Source: Patellaria atrata CBS 101060 (taxonomy: Eukaryota). Taken from it: a stretch of DNA of 64,000 nucleotides. The first letter of the stretch is position 1, and each line of letters begins with the position of its first letter. Below, piece by piece: positions 1 through 13,610 of this stretch. The translations under genes and the position numbers were made by a program. The DNA lies in assembly GCA_010093705.1 (NCBI GenBank), contig MU006104.1, positions 310,001 through 374,000 on the forward strand, in the 5' to 3' direction. Under the pieces are notes generated by a model. The model saw nothing but the letters and a program-made list of their open reading frames with translations. It ran no database searches and had not been told where the DNA came from.

Positions 1-857
1 CACCTGGCGTCGTGGTGGGCAGGTAATAAAGACGTTAGATTTTGGTTGGAGGGGTCATAGCGTATATCGGGTCGCTAAAGGGCATGTAAGATCGGATACG
101 ATGACTTGGAGGAATAGCGTAATAATGTGAAGCTTGCGGAGTACAACGACCCAGGTTGTTTGGAGAGAATTAATAAGGAACGGGTGGGGTAGAACGAGGG
201 TTGCTAGACAGGTCTACCGGGTAAGATTGTGGGATTGACCGGTGCTCTCTGAAACGTTAGACTCTGGTAGTACCATGACCGACCTCCCATGATTCCTTGA
301 TATCTCACTATATCTTGAGAGCACACGGCATAACAAGTGAGAGTACTAGGTAGTTCCTAACCCTGTTAGTTGACTTTGAGGTAGAGGAAATGTGTGACTG
401 TTTGCCAGAGGTGCATATGCAAGACTATCTTGTTTGCTCATAGATTAAACTTGAACTGTCATACGACCGTTGCTGAGTCGATAATGTAAAGATGTATGAT
501 CACGTGCGAGTGATGATCCGCTATACGAATTGGTAGTAATCCGTAAGTTGTGTTTGATATAATATGCAATGCATTTCTAGGCTATGTTCAGCATGTGATG
601 ATGCTATGATGCATGTAAAAAGTAGGGATTTTCCTTCAAAATGCTTATTCGTGGGATCTTCATAATGTTGAAGGGTCGATATATAAAGGTTCCATTCGCT
701 AGGAGGTGACTCCGGGGGTATGTTCTAGGTAATCCATGTTGCTTCCAGAACTCCACGCTGAGAACGAGATGATGCTTTTAATTTCTGAAAATAAACGGTC
801 GGTTTACTCTTTATTATGCCACGTAAATGGATTCCGACCAAGGAAACGATTATGAAA

Positions 858-1781
858 TCACCATTTCCCTCTCCTGCCTCTGTGCTTCTTCTTTCCCTGA
901 CCCCAACCACCCCTGAACTTCTGTTGCTGAGTTTGTTGCGATTGTGGGCCTCCGAACGATTGCACATTCCGTTCCTCCCTCTCCCTTTCTTCCTCCCGTT
1001 CTCTTTCAGCTTCACGTTCTGCTCTTTCGCGTTCAATTTCTTCTCGACTCTTTTCGATCCGGACCTCTGGTTTCTTTAAATCCTTGTCCTCCACCCACCT
1101 CGCGTGAGCACCAACATTACAGCCTTTTCCGTTAGGACAGAACCCTGCCAGGTAAAAATCACATATCTTCTCTTTCTTCACATGCCTTTTAGCACAATAT
1201 GGACCTAGTGGACAGAATCCTCGGTCGTAATGCGGACAAAGGGGCAACTTCGATTCTGGATCGATATGGAGGTAGAGACAGTCGTCACCTTGGGAGCAGG
1301 TCTGATGGCGGGAGAAGAAATTGCATTCTGGCATGCGGCGGAGGTTAAACTCATGCAGGAACTCGCACGCGTCACCCTTCTTGCATAAACCGCGCAGCCA
1401 ATGTTTACAGACTAGACTACAAAACTTGATTTAGCAACTGATACTCTGAGACTGAACGGTGTAAGCGTTTGGAAAACGGAATGAAACGTATATGAAACAA
1501 CGAATAGGATGACGAGAAAAAGGCTAGAATTTGCTTATTCTATATGGAAGATTGGAGATGTCATACTTATTGTGAGGAGTAGAAGTGTGGTGTTTGTCAG
1601 GACAGTTGTTACCCAGGGGGCAATGGCCCTGCATGTACGCCTTGCAGGCTGGCCTGTTAGGGTCCAGGCCAAAGCGATATTCGCGCTTTAGGAACTCATT
1701 GAAGCTAAACTCGTAGATAGGCGGTGTCGATTGATGAAGGATCTGCTCCACCGCTGCCCGTGTGTGTACTGTAGCGGTCAT
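858..1781 (-). CDS. YTH1: mRNA 3'-end processing CCCH zinc-finger protein (CPSF30 orthologue), 2 exons (1781-1567, 1416-858)
   Basis: Joining across the GTATGA...TAG intron (1566-1417) gives tandem CCCH fingers: [82 protein letters not shown]. Confidence 0.95.
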
Positions 1782-4029
1782 AGTGGGTGTAAGACTGGGG
1801 TGAACTCGTGGCCACTCGTGTAGCCCTTTCCCCGCAAATATAGGTATTCTCCCCGTGAGATGATTATATGAATTTGATGAAGACTAGACCCAATGTTCGA
1901 TGAGGGGGGGAAGTCGTGATAGGGTTGCTCGAAGGTGCGCCGTGTCAATAAAGCGTGGAGAAACCTTATTTGTTTCAGCCTTAGAGAAAGCAACTAAGAG
2001 TGAAAGATAATGTCCGTTTTTGTGGTTATTTTGAGTGGGCCGTCTCGGAAAAATGATGATGTCGAGGAAGTATGGGGGAATGTGAGGGGCGCAGGTTGGA
2101 GGAAGGTCATGCTAAACTTGACGCGCTCTCTGTATCAAAGGCCAGGGTTAGTATATCGGTCTTGGCATCTTTGCCTTCTTCCCTTGCAGTTTTTGCGTTT
2201 GCACTCATACCTTACCTTGACCTTTGCCTACCTTACTCTAGTAAACTCTTCAATTGCAACATGTTGGCAAATCAAGTCAACCAACATATCCATCTACCCT
2301 AGTCCAATTCACCAAACCTCCAATCAATCACCTTGAAAGCGAAGAATGCCCATGATTCATGCGATGGCGAACACAGAAAGCCACTTTACACGACGTTGAA
2401 ATCAATAGGTACACTTTCTCTCAGATATCTTCCCAGTCTCGTATCGGTCTGTAAATGCATGCAGTCATCTTTCCGGCCTTACAGAATCGCAACCTTGCAT
2501 TCGATCGAAGTCGAACGGTTGGTAGAGAATCGAAGTTCTGGTGGTACAGTACAGTACATCGATTCGGACCGCTCGAATATGCCTCCAACTCCAACTCACG
2601 GCATATCGGCTCTGCTCTCGATATCTAATTTAGGGTATGTATGTCTCGGATCGGTCAAAAGAAAGCCTACCTATCGACTCTCGAAGGAGCTATGGAAACA
2701 CAAGGCTCGCAAAATCATCTCACAATGATGCTTACAATAGAGCCTTGAAGAGACCTCTTTCAGGCAATCTTGCTGCACGTCGAAAGTTTAGCTGATTGGG
2801 TCCACCTGTTTTCGACAAACTACGGCCCTGTTGCTGCTGTATGATGCATTTGCACCCCGCTCTGAATTGGCTGACTTGATAGCTTTCCGGATAGTTATCC
2901 TCTCCCGTGCAAAGGTCAAAACTGGAGATTTTGAATTTGAACATGGACGAGGATTTGCTGCACATGTGCGCTGCAAGCCACGTCGTTTCCAACAGGCTCT
3001 TGCTGTCAGGGCTTTGCAAGTCTCTTGGCTGGCTCTTTCTTAACTTTGTCGATCAAGTATGCACCTCTTTTTACAACAATATGCCCTTATCCAGTCACAT
3101 TCATGGTTCGTTATTGCCGCAGGGTTCTGAGCCGTACAGTGCCTGAGTAACAGGTGCGACTCATCGAGCCATGATGAGCCACGAACATGCATCAGCACGC
3201 CCGGAAACTCATCACCACCAGAGAGTCCCAATCGGGGCTGTTTGGTACCAATTAGCGCAACATGCATGACATATACATAGCTGCTTGTGCAGATCGTCAA
3301 ACCTCAGCTTATGGGTCATGGCTGCCGGACAGCACTGATAGAAGCTCGAAAACTACCTTAGCTTCGGGCAAGGTAGGTGACTTTAAGTTCATCAGGTCGT
3401 AGCAAGAACGTGACTCTTTTAATCTTTTAAGTCTATTCTATGTCAAATCAGGATTTTTCTTTATTGTGGTACTACCTCCGCATTTCACGGTTTATCATTG
3501 TTGTAGGAGCCGGCATCTGATACTTGTACTTATTATCGCTACCACTCCGTAGGGACGCTCTACGTAGTATCCCACTTCATATAGCCTTACTGCTGGATCT
3601 GTACTTGAGAAGCTCGACATCCGGCAGTCACGACACACGACTACCTTCTGACTTCATTTGTTTGCTGTCACTTTTGCGTGATACACCGGGGCGGCTTCAC
3701 ATGAATGTTTGAACCTTGATACTTGACCCAAACCTAACACGAGGAAATCCACTTCTCTTTAACTCGAGGTACGTTGAGTACATCTCTATCTCTTCTAAAA
3801 CAGATTACTGTAGTGTTTATCCTTCAGTTGTCTCGTAAAACATTACTTCTTCTCTTTCCCGGAGTCCTTGTCGCTGATGTATCTAGACCCTCACATGTTT
3901 CTAACAGGAATATCTACTCTTCCGATAACCACTTCCGCCTGACCTTTGATCCTCACGATGAATGCATACTATAGATCTTAGTCCACTGTTAGCTCCGATT
4001 CCTGCGCAACTAGGCATTTAGCTACAAAC

Positions 4030-5333
4030 ATGGCCGGAACTTTCGGCCCACCTCGACCCAATTGGTTTCTCAGCGCTGTACAGAATTTAGGCGTCAAGAA
4101 GTCAAAATGCGCCACACCCCCATCGCCTCCAGCAATGAGGATCTTTTCCAATGGCGTCTATTATCCTAATTGGCACATCTATAGAAAGCAACCACCATCG
4201 TCCTTGAATTTGGATGTCATATCGCACGTGTTTTATGCTTTTGCATGGTGAGTCAAATACGGAGATGCTCATTGGATCATGATCAAGACTGACACTTTGA
4301 AACCTTAGGATCAGACCAGATGGTTCCATTTATGTTGGTCATGCATACTACAGGTCTCATTGTTCCAAGCTGACGTCATATAGTTTAGCGACGAGTGGGC
4401 GGACTCTCAGATCGAAGTCGATGGTGTGCACGGCTGTCTACAAGCTTGTGCTGCACTGAAGAAACGTTCCCGAGTTCTAAAGGTTATCTTATCGATAGGA
4501 GGTGGTGGTCAAGGTAGCGAACCCTTTGCAGCAGTGGCCCACGATGCGGAGAAGAGGAAGGTCTTCGCCCGTTCAGCTCTCGATATAGTGCTGAAATATG
4601 GCCTTGATGGTATTGATAGTGAGTATCTGTTATCACTACATCACACGGCTCCTGACAGTCACTAGTTGACTGGGAACATCCTTCAACACCTCAACAAGGG
4701 TTTGATTATGTGAAACTTTTGAACGAGCTCCGAATGTACCTACCTCGACCACATTTCGTCCTAACGTCCGCTCTACCTGGCACTGAATGGGCTTTGCAAT
4801 ATATCAATCTTGCTGAAGCTTCTAACCAACTAGATCTCCTAAATTTAATGGCCTATGACTTCGTAGGGCCGTGGGTAGATACATGTGGGCACCATGCTCA
4901 GCTTTCTACACCTAAGGAGCCGCATAATCACGCAGCGACGATCTCATGCCACTCTGGAGTGGCCATCCTTCTCTCGAAGGGTGTTCCGAAACATAAGATA
5001 CTATTAGGCATACCAGTGTACGGCCGGTCTTTCCTTGGCACTAAAGGTGTAGGTCATGCTTTCAAGGACCAAGGAGGGAATGAAGGGACCTTTGACTATC
5101 GCGAACTTCCCCTCCCCAGCACCCAAGAGGAGGTTGACGAGGAGGTGGGCGCTGCTTACTGTGTTACCAAAGAGGGAGAATTCGTCACTTACGATAACCC
5201 CAAGACGGTCTCGATGAAAGCATGTTTCGTCAAGGAAAACGAACTTGCAGGTCTTTTCTACTGGACAGGTACCGGTGATGGTGCTGGCTCAAGAAGCCTC
5301 GTCTATAACGGGTATGTGGGTCTACACTCATGA
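4030..5333 (+). CDS. GH18 chitinase without obvious signal peptide or chitin-binding module; introns ~4248-4308, 4334-4383, 4619-4665
   Basis: VYYPNW, SHVFYAFA, LKVILSIGGG, spliced catalytic motif DGIDIDWEHP (DxxDxDxE), NLMAYDF, LLGIPVYGRSF, FVTYDNP, LAGLFYW. Confidence 0.93.
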
Positions 5334-6071
5334 CTACAAGATGGTTGTCTATGATCCAACATTATGAACCGGAAACCTCATCACACACTGGGGATGAAAT
5401 ACATCCTTGATCAAGGATGAGAACCAAGTTGAAGGTTTATTATATTTGAGACTCTATTACTGAGGGCTCATGAGCGAATCATTAGCTATTAACCCCCGCA
5501 GAGCGGCTATAGCTCCCGGCGTTGCACAAAACTCATGGCTTCGGGCTTTCGAGCCGGATAAGAACGGAATGATGAACAAGGTCGCATGCTCTATAATACA
5601 TTACTATAAGATAGAATGTCCATTGGAGTGATCTCTCATCTCAATTGATTATTTGACCTTTGATATGTGTCTTCTCACTGAATTGAAATGAGGGTCTATA
5701 TGTTATAAAAGATGAACCGTTGAGAAGTCCACCCATCGTTACCAGTGTGCTTTTGATACTGCATTAAATGTGTACTTATTTATCCCGAGTGCCTCCATAC
5801 GGCAATGGTCTAGAATATGAGCGGCAAGTGCTAGTGCTACCGTACAGCTCGGACCGCCGGATTAGATCTATGGTTCCTCGGCCCGTTGAGACATCCGTTC
5901 CAGAGCAATTACACCTTACTATAGATCTAACCGCAAGATATTCGATATATACAACCTTTGATTTCTCTTTCTAAACTTTCTTTACGCTAGGCCGGGTGTT
6001 AGATCTACTCACCTTCGTCCAATACCAAGTACCAAGGGTTATTTGCCCCGATGAGAGCTTAATTTGACTTC

Positions 6072-8842
6072 ATGCACTCCGCGACCTCCACGTCCTTAGA
6101 CTCAGGTAGCAATTTTCTTTACTGTTACTCTGAAGATACTTGACTTACACCTACAGATGATTTCGACCCTTTGGATCATCTGAACGTTATCTTCTCCCAC
6201 CCTTCGACGCTTTCCTCTGTTGCAAGCACATCCCTCGCTCTCCGAAGCTATCAGGATGACCTCGATGAAGATATTGCGGAGCTTGTTTCCAGACAGACTG
6301 CGTCAGATGCAGAAAGTGTTCGCCGGATCCAGGCTGCGAAGGGAGAGCTCGCAGACCTATTCAAGAAGATAGAGAGCGTAAGGGAGAGAGCTATTCAGAC
6401 AGAGCAGGCAATAACGGAGATGACCGCGGACATCAAGCGGCTGGATGGCACAAAGCGGAATCTCACACTGTCCATGACAGCGCTGAAGAGATTACAGATG
6501 CTCACTACAGCATATGAACAGTTGAGGGGATTATCTAAGTCGAGGCAGTACAGGGAATGCGCACAACTTCTGCAGGCCGTAATACAGCTAGTAGCGCACT
6601 TTAAAAGTTATAGATCCATTGATCAGATTGCTACTTTAAGTAGAAATGTTGCTGATTTACAGAGGGAGCTTTTGGAGCAGGTTTGCGAGGATTTTGAGGT
6701 TACATTTGCAAAGGGTGAGGTTACCCAAAAGAAGGGCATGCTTGGGGAGGCTTGTTTGGTCATGGACGCCCTCGGCGAGCATGCGAGGAATCGACTTATA
6801 ACCTGGTATTGTAATACACAACTCAGAGAGTACCGACAGGTCTTTCGCGGGAATGATGAAGTATGTGTTACTTGCCATAAAGCTAGTCAGTGGACTGACA
6901 CAACTATAGGCTGGTTCGCTCGACAACATCTCCCGAAGATACTCTTGGTTTAACAGGATGCTCAAAACTTATGACACCGAACATGCCGCCATATTCCCAG
7001 CACATTGGCGAACGAATGAGATGCTAGCAAATTCGTTTTGTGAAGGAACTAGGGAGGATTTTAAAGCCATTCTGCAGCGATCAAGGCAAACTTTGGACGT
7101 CAATCTTCTCTTGTCGTGCTTACAAGAAACCCTGAACTTTGAACATAGTGTTGAGAGAAGGTTTTCTAATGAGGTGTGCGCGCAAATACCTACTTATGCA
7201 CTGCTTGCTAATAAGGCTTAAGTCACGAGCTTCGATAGACACTATACTCTCGAAAGATGATAAACAAGGCGGTTTTGGTCAAGCGATTTCAGAAGCTTTT
7301 GAACCGTACATGAGCTTATGGGTCGAATCCCAAGATAAGTAGGTATCTATTGCTTTTCATAAAGTATATTGCTCACAAACCTAGGCAACTCGCACTTTTG
7401 ATACCCAGATATCGCCAACAGCCCATCCGCAACACTGAAGACGAGTTCTCTTCTACAACTGTCATAGCCTCGTCGACGGAACTATTCCACTTTTACCGAC
7501 TGATTTTAGCTCAATGTGCTAAACTCTCTACTGGTAGCAGACTATTAGAACTCTCAAAAACCTTTGCGAAGTACTTGGACCAATATGGACAGCAAGTGCT
7601 GTTTTATTTCCTAGGCACAACAGGGTCTTCACAGCAAGGCCCTCTAATCGAAGACATCATTGCAATACTGAATACTGCAGACTATTGCTACCATACATGC
7701 AATCAGTTAGAAGAGAAAATAAGGTCTCGTATCGACGAAGAGTTCAAAACTAGTGTCAACTTGCAAAACCAAGCAGATGGGTTCATGGGCGTTGCTAGCG
7801 CTGCGGTTCGAGCTCTCGTCCGGAAGGTTGACATCGAGTGCGAACCCACCTGGCGTGAAATGCGTAATACCCCATGGAGCAAGCTCGAAAGCGTGGGCGA
7901 TCAGAGTACATACGTCGCAGAGCTGTTACGGCACATGAAGGAGAAGTCAGGGGAGATTTTGAAGTTGTTACAGAAACAGCACTATGCTCGCGCTTTTTGC
8001 GACAACCTTGTGGATTTGATGGTCAACACTTACATAATGAGCACTGTGCAGTGCAGACCAATATCAGAAGTGGGAGCGGAGCAAATGTTGCTGGATTCAT
8101 ACGTCTTAAAGAAAGGTTTCTTAGAGATTGTCACCTTGAATGCCGAACCAGGGACACAAGCTCCTGCTGGGTAAGTCTCTATTTCCTGATTTCACGCCCT
8201 AACTGTGAGTACTGATTCCGTTATTATAGCTTCGTAAAACGCGTCAACCAAGCAATGTCTAAGGTAGACTCTCTACTAAAAACATTGCAAGTGAGGCCAA
8301 TCCCACCGGAAGCACTCGTACAAGCTTACTTAATACATATTGCCGATAAGTCTGATACTAATTTTCGAAAAATACTGGACCTTAAAGGCATCCGCAAATC
8401 AGACCAGTCAGCTTTGGTGGACCTCTTCTCTGCTCACCGTGCATCGCCATCGCATGAAAATCTCCCACAAAATTCTCCACTTCTTACACCCTTACAAATT
8501 ACATCTTCTTCATCTACTGGTATAAGTCTTGGTGCACCGTCCAGTGGTATAACACCGCCGAGCCTTGGTAGTGGACGATTTGATCCCACGACCTTCGGAT
8601 CTGCAATTATAAACGCTGCAAGAGACGGTGTGGATAGATTTGGAAGTCCAGGCTTGGGGGTATCCGTACCGGGAAGCGGACCTCCTGGACATGGTACAAC
8701 CCCTCCGCCTGCCGTTGGACAAGGAGATGGGCATAGTGGTCCAACGAACCTGAATGAAAACTTGAAGAGCATTGGGAAATTCTTTAGACGGGATGTAAGT
8801 GGGTTTGGGCGGTTTGGACGTGGAGGCGAGGATGGAAAATAG
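6072..8842 (+). CDS. VPS53: GARP complex subunit Vps53, multi-exon
   Basis: MHSATSTSLDS|DDFDPLDHLN start; MTADIKRLDGTKRNLTLSMTALKRLQMLTTAYEQL; FRGNDE|AGSLDNISRRYSWF; ISEVGAEQMLLD; FRKILDLKG. GT-AG introns link ORFs 6171, 6958, 7139, 7350 and 8255. Confidence 0.95.
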
Positions 8843-8901
8843 AATACAAGAGTTTCGGCTCGGTTCAATGGTATATTTGAATATCTGAATCTCTTTTTTG
8901 T

Positions 8902-9855
8902 TCAATCGTGATCATCCTCAGTAGTCCCGGGGCAGCCATCCATTGTACTATCAGGATACTTATGTTTGCACCAGAAACAGTAATTGTGAATCTGGCGAAG
9001 GTGATTAACTACCTTGTCCAAACGTTCTGAGATGGGTAGGGCCTCGAATTCCTCTAGCTCGGGATCTTCATCCTGAACCTCTTCTTCGACAGCTGCCCAT
9101 TTACTATCCGCACCAATTGCGTGTTTATCATCTTCATCATCGTCAGAGTCCTCGTAAGTCGGTGCATTGGTTGATGTCAATTGAAAATCATGCCTCGCGC
9201 GTGCCTCCTTTTCCTTCTCTAACCGATGACGGATGAGACCTCTCCAGAGGATATTTATATTTTTCAATGGCCTCGCAACCTTCTTAACGCGAGCGTCACC
9301 AGTCACATCCCTACCCCCTTCTTCACCATCTTCAGCTCCGTCTTCTTCACCCTCAGCATCGAACTGCTCCGCAATCTTCTGCGCCCCAAAAAACTGCCCC
9401 TCCATCCTCTTTTCCGCCCTCTGGCCCGCCAACCGTTCTCTAAAATCCCCCACCTCGACCTTCTTCCTCATCCCCTCCTCCTCAAACTCCTCCCTCATCT
9501 TCCGCTTCCGCTGACTGTCCAGTCCAACACCGCTCCTGCCCTCCTTCATCTCGAGCCGGATCGGCTCCATGCGCGCGTCGGAGGACTTGCCCAGCGTGGA
9601 CCCGGCTTTGTACCCGAGCTTCGAGAGCAGCTGGAAGCCTTTGTTGGTGCTGTCGAGGGAGGTGCTCAGGGCCGATTCGCGGGATGCGGTTTGCTCGGCG
9701 TGCAGTTGGGATTTGGATTTCGGGCGGGAGCGGGCTTCGGCTTCGCGCTTTTGGCGGGAGAGGCGTTGGAGGGAGGTCTCGTGGGTGTTTTGGGTCGGCT
9801 CGAGGAGGGTCATGGACATGTAGTCTTCTTCTTCTGACGAGTCGGAGCGAGGCAT
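8902..9855 (-). CDS. G-patch domain protein with C-terminal DUF4187-type Cys motif (GPATCH11-like)
   Basis: EEEDYMSM start; G-patch NKGFQLLSKLGYKAGSTLG...EGRSGVG; C-terminal HLRQIHNYCFWCKHKY...CPGTTEDDHD. Confidence 0.9.
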   Translation of the reverse strand: MPRSDSSEEEDYMSMTLLEPTQNTHETSLQRLSRQKREAEARSRPKSKSQLHAEQTASRESALSTSLDSTNKGFQLLSKLGYKAGSTLGKSSDARMEPIRLEMKEGRSGVGLDSQRKRKMREEFEEEGMRKKVEVGDFRERLAGQRAEKRMEGQFFGAQKIAEQFDAEGEEDGAEDGEEGGRDVTGDARVKKVARPLKNINILWRGLIRHRLEKEKEARARHDFQLTSTNAPTYEDSDDDEDDKHAIGADSKWAAVEEEVQDEDPELEEFEALPISERLDKVVNHLRQIHNYCFWCKHKYPDSTMDGCPGTTEDDHD

Positions 9856-10427
9856 TGCTGCAGATTGAGAGGTTGGGATCGTTCAGATGGGTGGGTGTGG
9901 GATATCGTATAGATCTGTCTCCTTGGTGATGGTGGACTGTGGTGGCGAATACCGTTGTTTGTTTTGTTGGGGATGGTTTGGAATACGTCGGGTAGCATCT
10001 GAGATGCTTGACGCAGGTACTGAGGTGTACAACGGTACTACACGCCTCGGTTGATGGAACCGATATCGATAAGGAAATCAGAAGAGGACTAGCGAGATAC
10101 TTCACCAGCCCGTCTACAACTCCCCCTCATCCATCGTAGACCCGACCCAAAATCCTGAATCTGATAATGTCTCTAACCTTCAACTAACGTTAAACTCTAC
10201 TACACCTTTCTTGTATCTCCGTACTTGCATCACTTCCCAGTTTCCAGACCTGATCTGAGAGGTTGAGTCAAGATGGTAACAGGATCAAGCCAAAGAAAGT
10301 CTTGGATTCGATATAAGTTGCATAAGAAATATGCATCCCTCTCCAGCCCTCGGTATTGGGTTATTCCAACAAGCCGCCCTAGATATATCGTACCCGACTC
10401 AACACGTCCAATCCAGACCTCGAACTG

Positions 10428-10479
10428 GTCGCCTTCTTGTCGCCTTCTTGTCGCCTTCTTGTCGCCTTCTTGTCGCCTT
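10428..10479 (+). repeat. 11-bp tandem repeat (GTCGCCTTCTT) x ~4.7
   Basis: Four perfect copies plus a partial copy, read directly in intergenic DNA. Confidence 0.9.
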
Positions 10480-11985
10480 TGGTGTGGGAGGTTTGAGCTC
10501 ATTGCATTCGTATTTAAAATCAGGATGCGCTGACAATCCCAGATGGCGCATGACACTCCCCAGTCCCCAGGATCTGGCCAGATTTGGGTTTAGGGTCCTT
10601 TTGAAGGCAACTTGGCGTAGAGGGGGTTTCTGGTGGTTTGCTGCTCTGGAATCTGGGGCCGGGGTCCTTTTTGCAAACCAAGCGGATCAATGCGGGCATA
10701 AGCTTCCTGAATGAGTTGCATACCCGTACCTAACACCTCAAAATCCCCCACAGATCGCCCAGCTTTGCTGTCACCACCTACTGGCTCTGCATTTGGCTCC
10801 CAATTTGCCTCTCTTTCGTATCCTTTCTCGTCCTTTTCTTGTCAAACTTTTGCCATGTTCGCAGTTACTGGTGTTGCTGTCGTGCTTACAGACTCGAGTT
10901 ACAGTACAATAAACAATAAACGAGGGCAAGAAAGGGGTAGGTTTCGAGTCCTTGTCTATCATCATTAAAACTACAGCAGCTGGAGAGCGGATTGTAACGT
11001 TGGGCTGGCTCTCCGAATCTACTTCTAACTGCGGCTCGTGCGATAATCAAATTTATCTTTCGAAGGTCTCACTGCCAATTGTTCCGTTGCGCTCCCCTCC
11101 CCTCCCATGGAGCAGGTTACAGTAGTAAGACTAGTGGATCCTTTTATAACTACCTAAGGTACGGATACTGTCGTATTTCTCGATTCACCGACGAATAGTA
11201 ACACAGAATTGTCAGCTTAAGATGGCGTAACGTGTGAGACGTGCGGCACATGCTGAAAGATTTCAGCGAATTCTTTGTTTCTGACTTCTATCAATGCCTC
11301 GGAAGGTCCGATTGTCCCTTGTTGGTGGAAGACGAAGTTTCTAACTTCAATCTCGGTCAACTGCCTGTTCAAGTCTAAGGTCTGTAGTCGTGATTGGCCT
11401 GCTCGTCTTAAAGCGGATCGTCAACTTCGACCTTTCTAAACGGCCGACCCCGGTTCTTTTACTTTTCAGTTTTAGCTTGTATTATTGCGCCTTTTCCGTT
11501 CAAACCGCTGGGCTATGGATGTCATGAACGACGCCTCTTATGGCCTCCTCCTTTTAACGCTGCCACTTGTACCATTCTAACTTATTCAAGGAATCGGCTC
11601 TCGGTTGAAGTCGCCTTCTACGCCTTAGAGACACAAAGAATGGCCCTTTTACATCGCCGGGCCGGTGTTGCCACCGTTCTTGTGTATGTTTGTGTGGAGA
11701 CCGAGCATGTTCTTCTGTTACTTCTTGTGACCTGGTCGCTCTCTTCTTTCTCTGCTTTTTCTTCTAATTCTTCTCTAGGATCTGCTGGTTCCTTTCAGTT
11801 CCCTGCATCGAGATCTTTTGCATAAGCGCGGATCTTGATCTGATTTATATCCCCTCGAGTTCCCCTACTCGTCTTTTCTTTCTTCACCGGATCCTTTGGG
11901 CAATCTTGGGTCGCGCGTGAATAAAGGAAAGCCTCGAAGAAAGAACTTCCCCCTTATATCCATACTACCACCGCATAAGGACAAG

Positions 11986-13149
11986 ATGGATAAACACAAC
12001 GGTACCACAGAATATACAGAGCACTCAAAGGATGTGAACCATGGTGCTCACGCCGGCGCAAAGCCCACCTTTGGTGCCAGAGCAAAGAGACATTGTTCAA
12101 GATTCTGGTGGGCATGGCTGATAGTATTCGCTATTGTTGTACTTGTGGTCGTGTTACCAATGTAAGTAAACATCTATGATCTATCCCGTTGGAACTAGAG
12201 CTCACATCTCCCAGTATATACGTTGCGTATCCCAATATTGCTCAAAGAGATACGAACAGATCAACCTTGGAGATTGTAGAACAGCAGACATTGGATCCCA
12301 AGCCGAATTCCATTCGCATGGTCATGCACTCCAAAGCGTACAACCCAGGCGATCATCATCCGCAGTTCGATGCCTTCAACGCGTCCCTTTTCCTCGAAGA
12401 TACTCTTCCGGATATCAAACCATTCGGGTACATCACTATTCCTCCCGTCAAAGCCAACGCTGAAGCAGACATCTATGTCGATCAAGTGATGGAAATTGTT
12501 GATATGGAGCAATGGACTGCCTTCAACAAGCGTGTGGTTCTCAGCGAAGAACTCCGACTTGCCATTCGAGGAAAGCCAAAGCTAAAGCAGGGTGGTCTGC
12601 CAAAGACCACAGTTAACTACAACAAGGTAACGACGATAAAGGGTGAGCAACTTTTAACCGCGACTATGTAGAAAGGGTATAGGGACTGATTCAATTATCA
12701 CAGGACTTAACGGTCTTAAGGGACTTGAGCTAGCTAATACGCCCCGTATCCTGCTCATCCCCGAGGACGACGGCTCAAACATGCTCGGAAACATCTCTAT
12801 CCCTAACCCATCTGTTTTTGACATCACTCTGGGCAACGTTACTCTCGATCTATCCGTTGATGGCCAACCTATCGGAACATCCCTTATTCCCAACATGAGG
12901 CTCAGGCAAGGCGATAACATTTTCGAAATGCGCGCCAAGGCCAACCAGTCTATCGTTCTTGGACTGATCCGAGGAGGACCATACTCGAATGGCATCCTCC
13001 CCGTCGACGTGCTCGGCAGAGAAGTCGTCAACGAGGATGGTGATCGATTACCGTACTTCGAGGCTGCGCTTAAGGCGCACGCTCTTAGATTGGATGTCAA
13101 CGTTGGCGAAGCGCTGGGATTAAGCCCAAACTCCACGGACTCGGAGTAG
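11986..13149 (+). CDS. Single-pass membrane protein, DUF3712 family; 2 introns
   Basis: KRHCSRFWWAWLIVFAIVVLVVVLP TM segment then VAYPNIAQ; YNKVTTIKG|LNGLKG; GNISIPNPSVFDITLGNVTL are typical of the family. Confidence 0.8.
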
Positions 13150-13524
13150 TCGAAGTAAGACATACGGGTTGAGGGGCCGTATAATGTGGATTTATTTCGC
13201 TCGGTTTATCTGGTTAGACACTGTCGTACGATCTTTCCGACGCTTCTTGGATAGAGGTGGTCACTAGGGTTTCTATATATGTAATTTATTCAAGGGGGCG
13301 TGTACTTTTGAGGAGGAAAATCTGTATTGATACCCTATCACTTTCGGTGAATAGACGATATGTCACAAACCATTTTCTCCAATAAGTCACTTGTGCCCAT
13401 TCTCACAAGAGCTGTACAGTACAAGGCTGTACAGACCGGACAGCTTTTGTGATGCACCGCCAAGCCAACAACCCCCCCCCCTCCCTCTCCCCCCTTCCTT
13501 TTCCCCTCTCCCTTGGCGAGTGCT

Positions 13525-13574
13525 CGCGCGCAACCCTCCCTCCCGTACAGCTAAAAGAGCAGTCTCGCGACGCG
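13525..13574 (+). promoter_or_regulatory. Cluster of CGCG/ACGCG (MCB-like) elements upstream of ORC3
   Basis: CGCGCG at 13525-13530 and CGCGACGCG at 13566-13574, 40-90 bp before the ORC3 ATG. MBF control of replication genes is established in yeasts; function here is inferred. Confidence 0.3.
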
Positions 13575-13610
13575 CCGAACCTCCAAAAGCTCCATCACCC
13601 ACATTCCACC

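Noticed and set aside
2000..3500. Several short ORFs between YTH1 and the chitinase
   Set aside because: No domains, coding bias or consistent splice model; treated as intergenic/UTR.
9226..10105. Long antisense or alternative-frame ORFs over GC-rich genes (also at 16112, 19442, 45131, 48367)
   Set aside because: Shadow ORFs caused by high GC3 and skew in real genes; no protein motifs.
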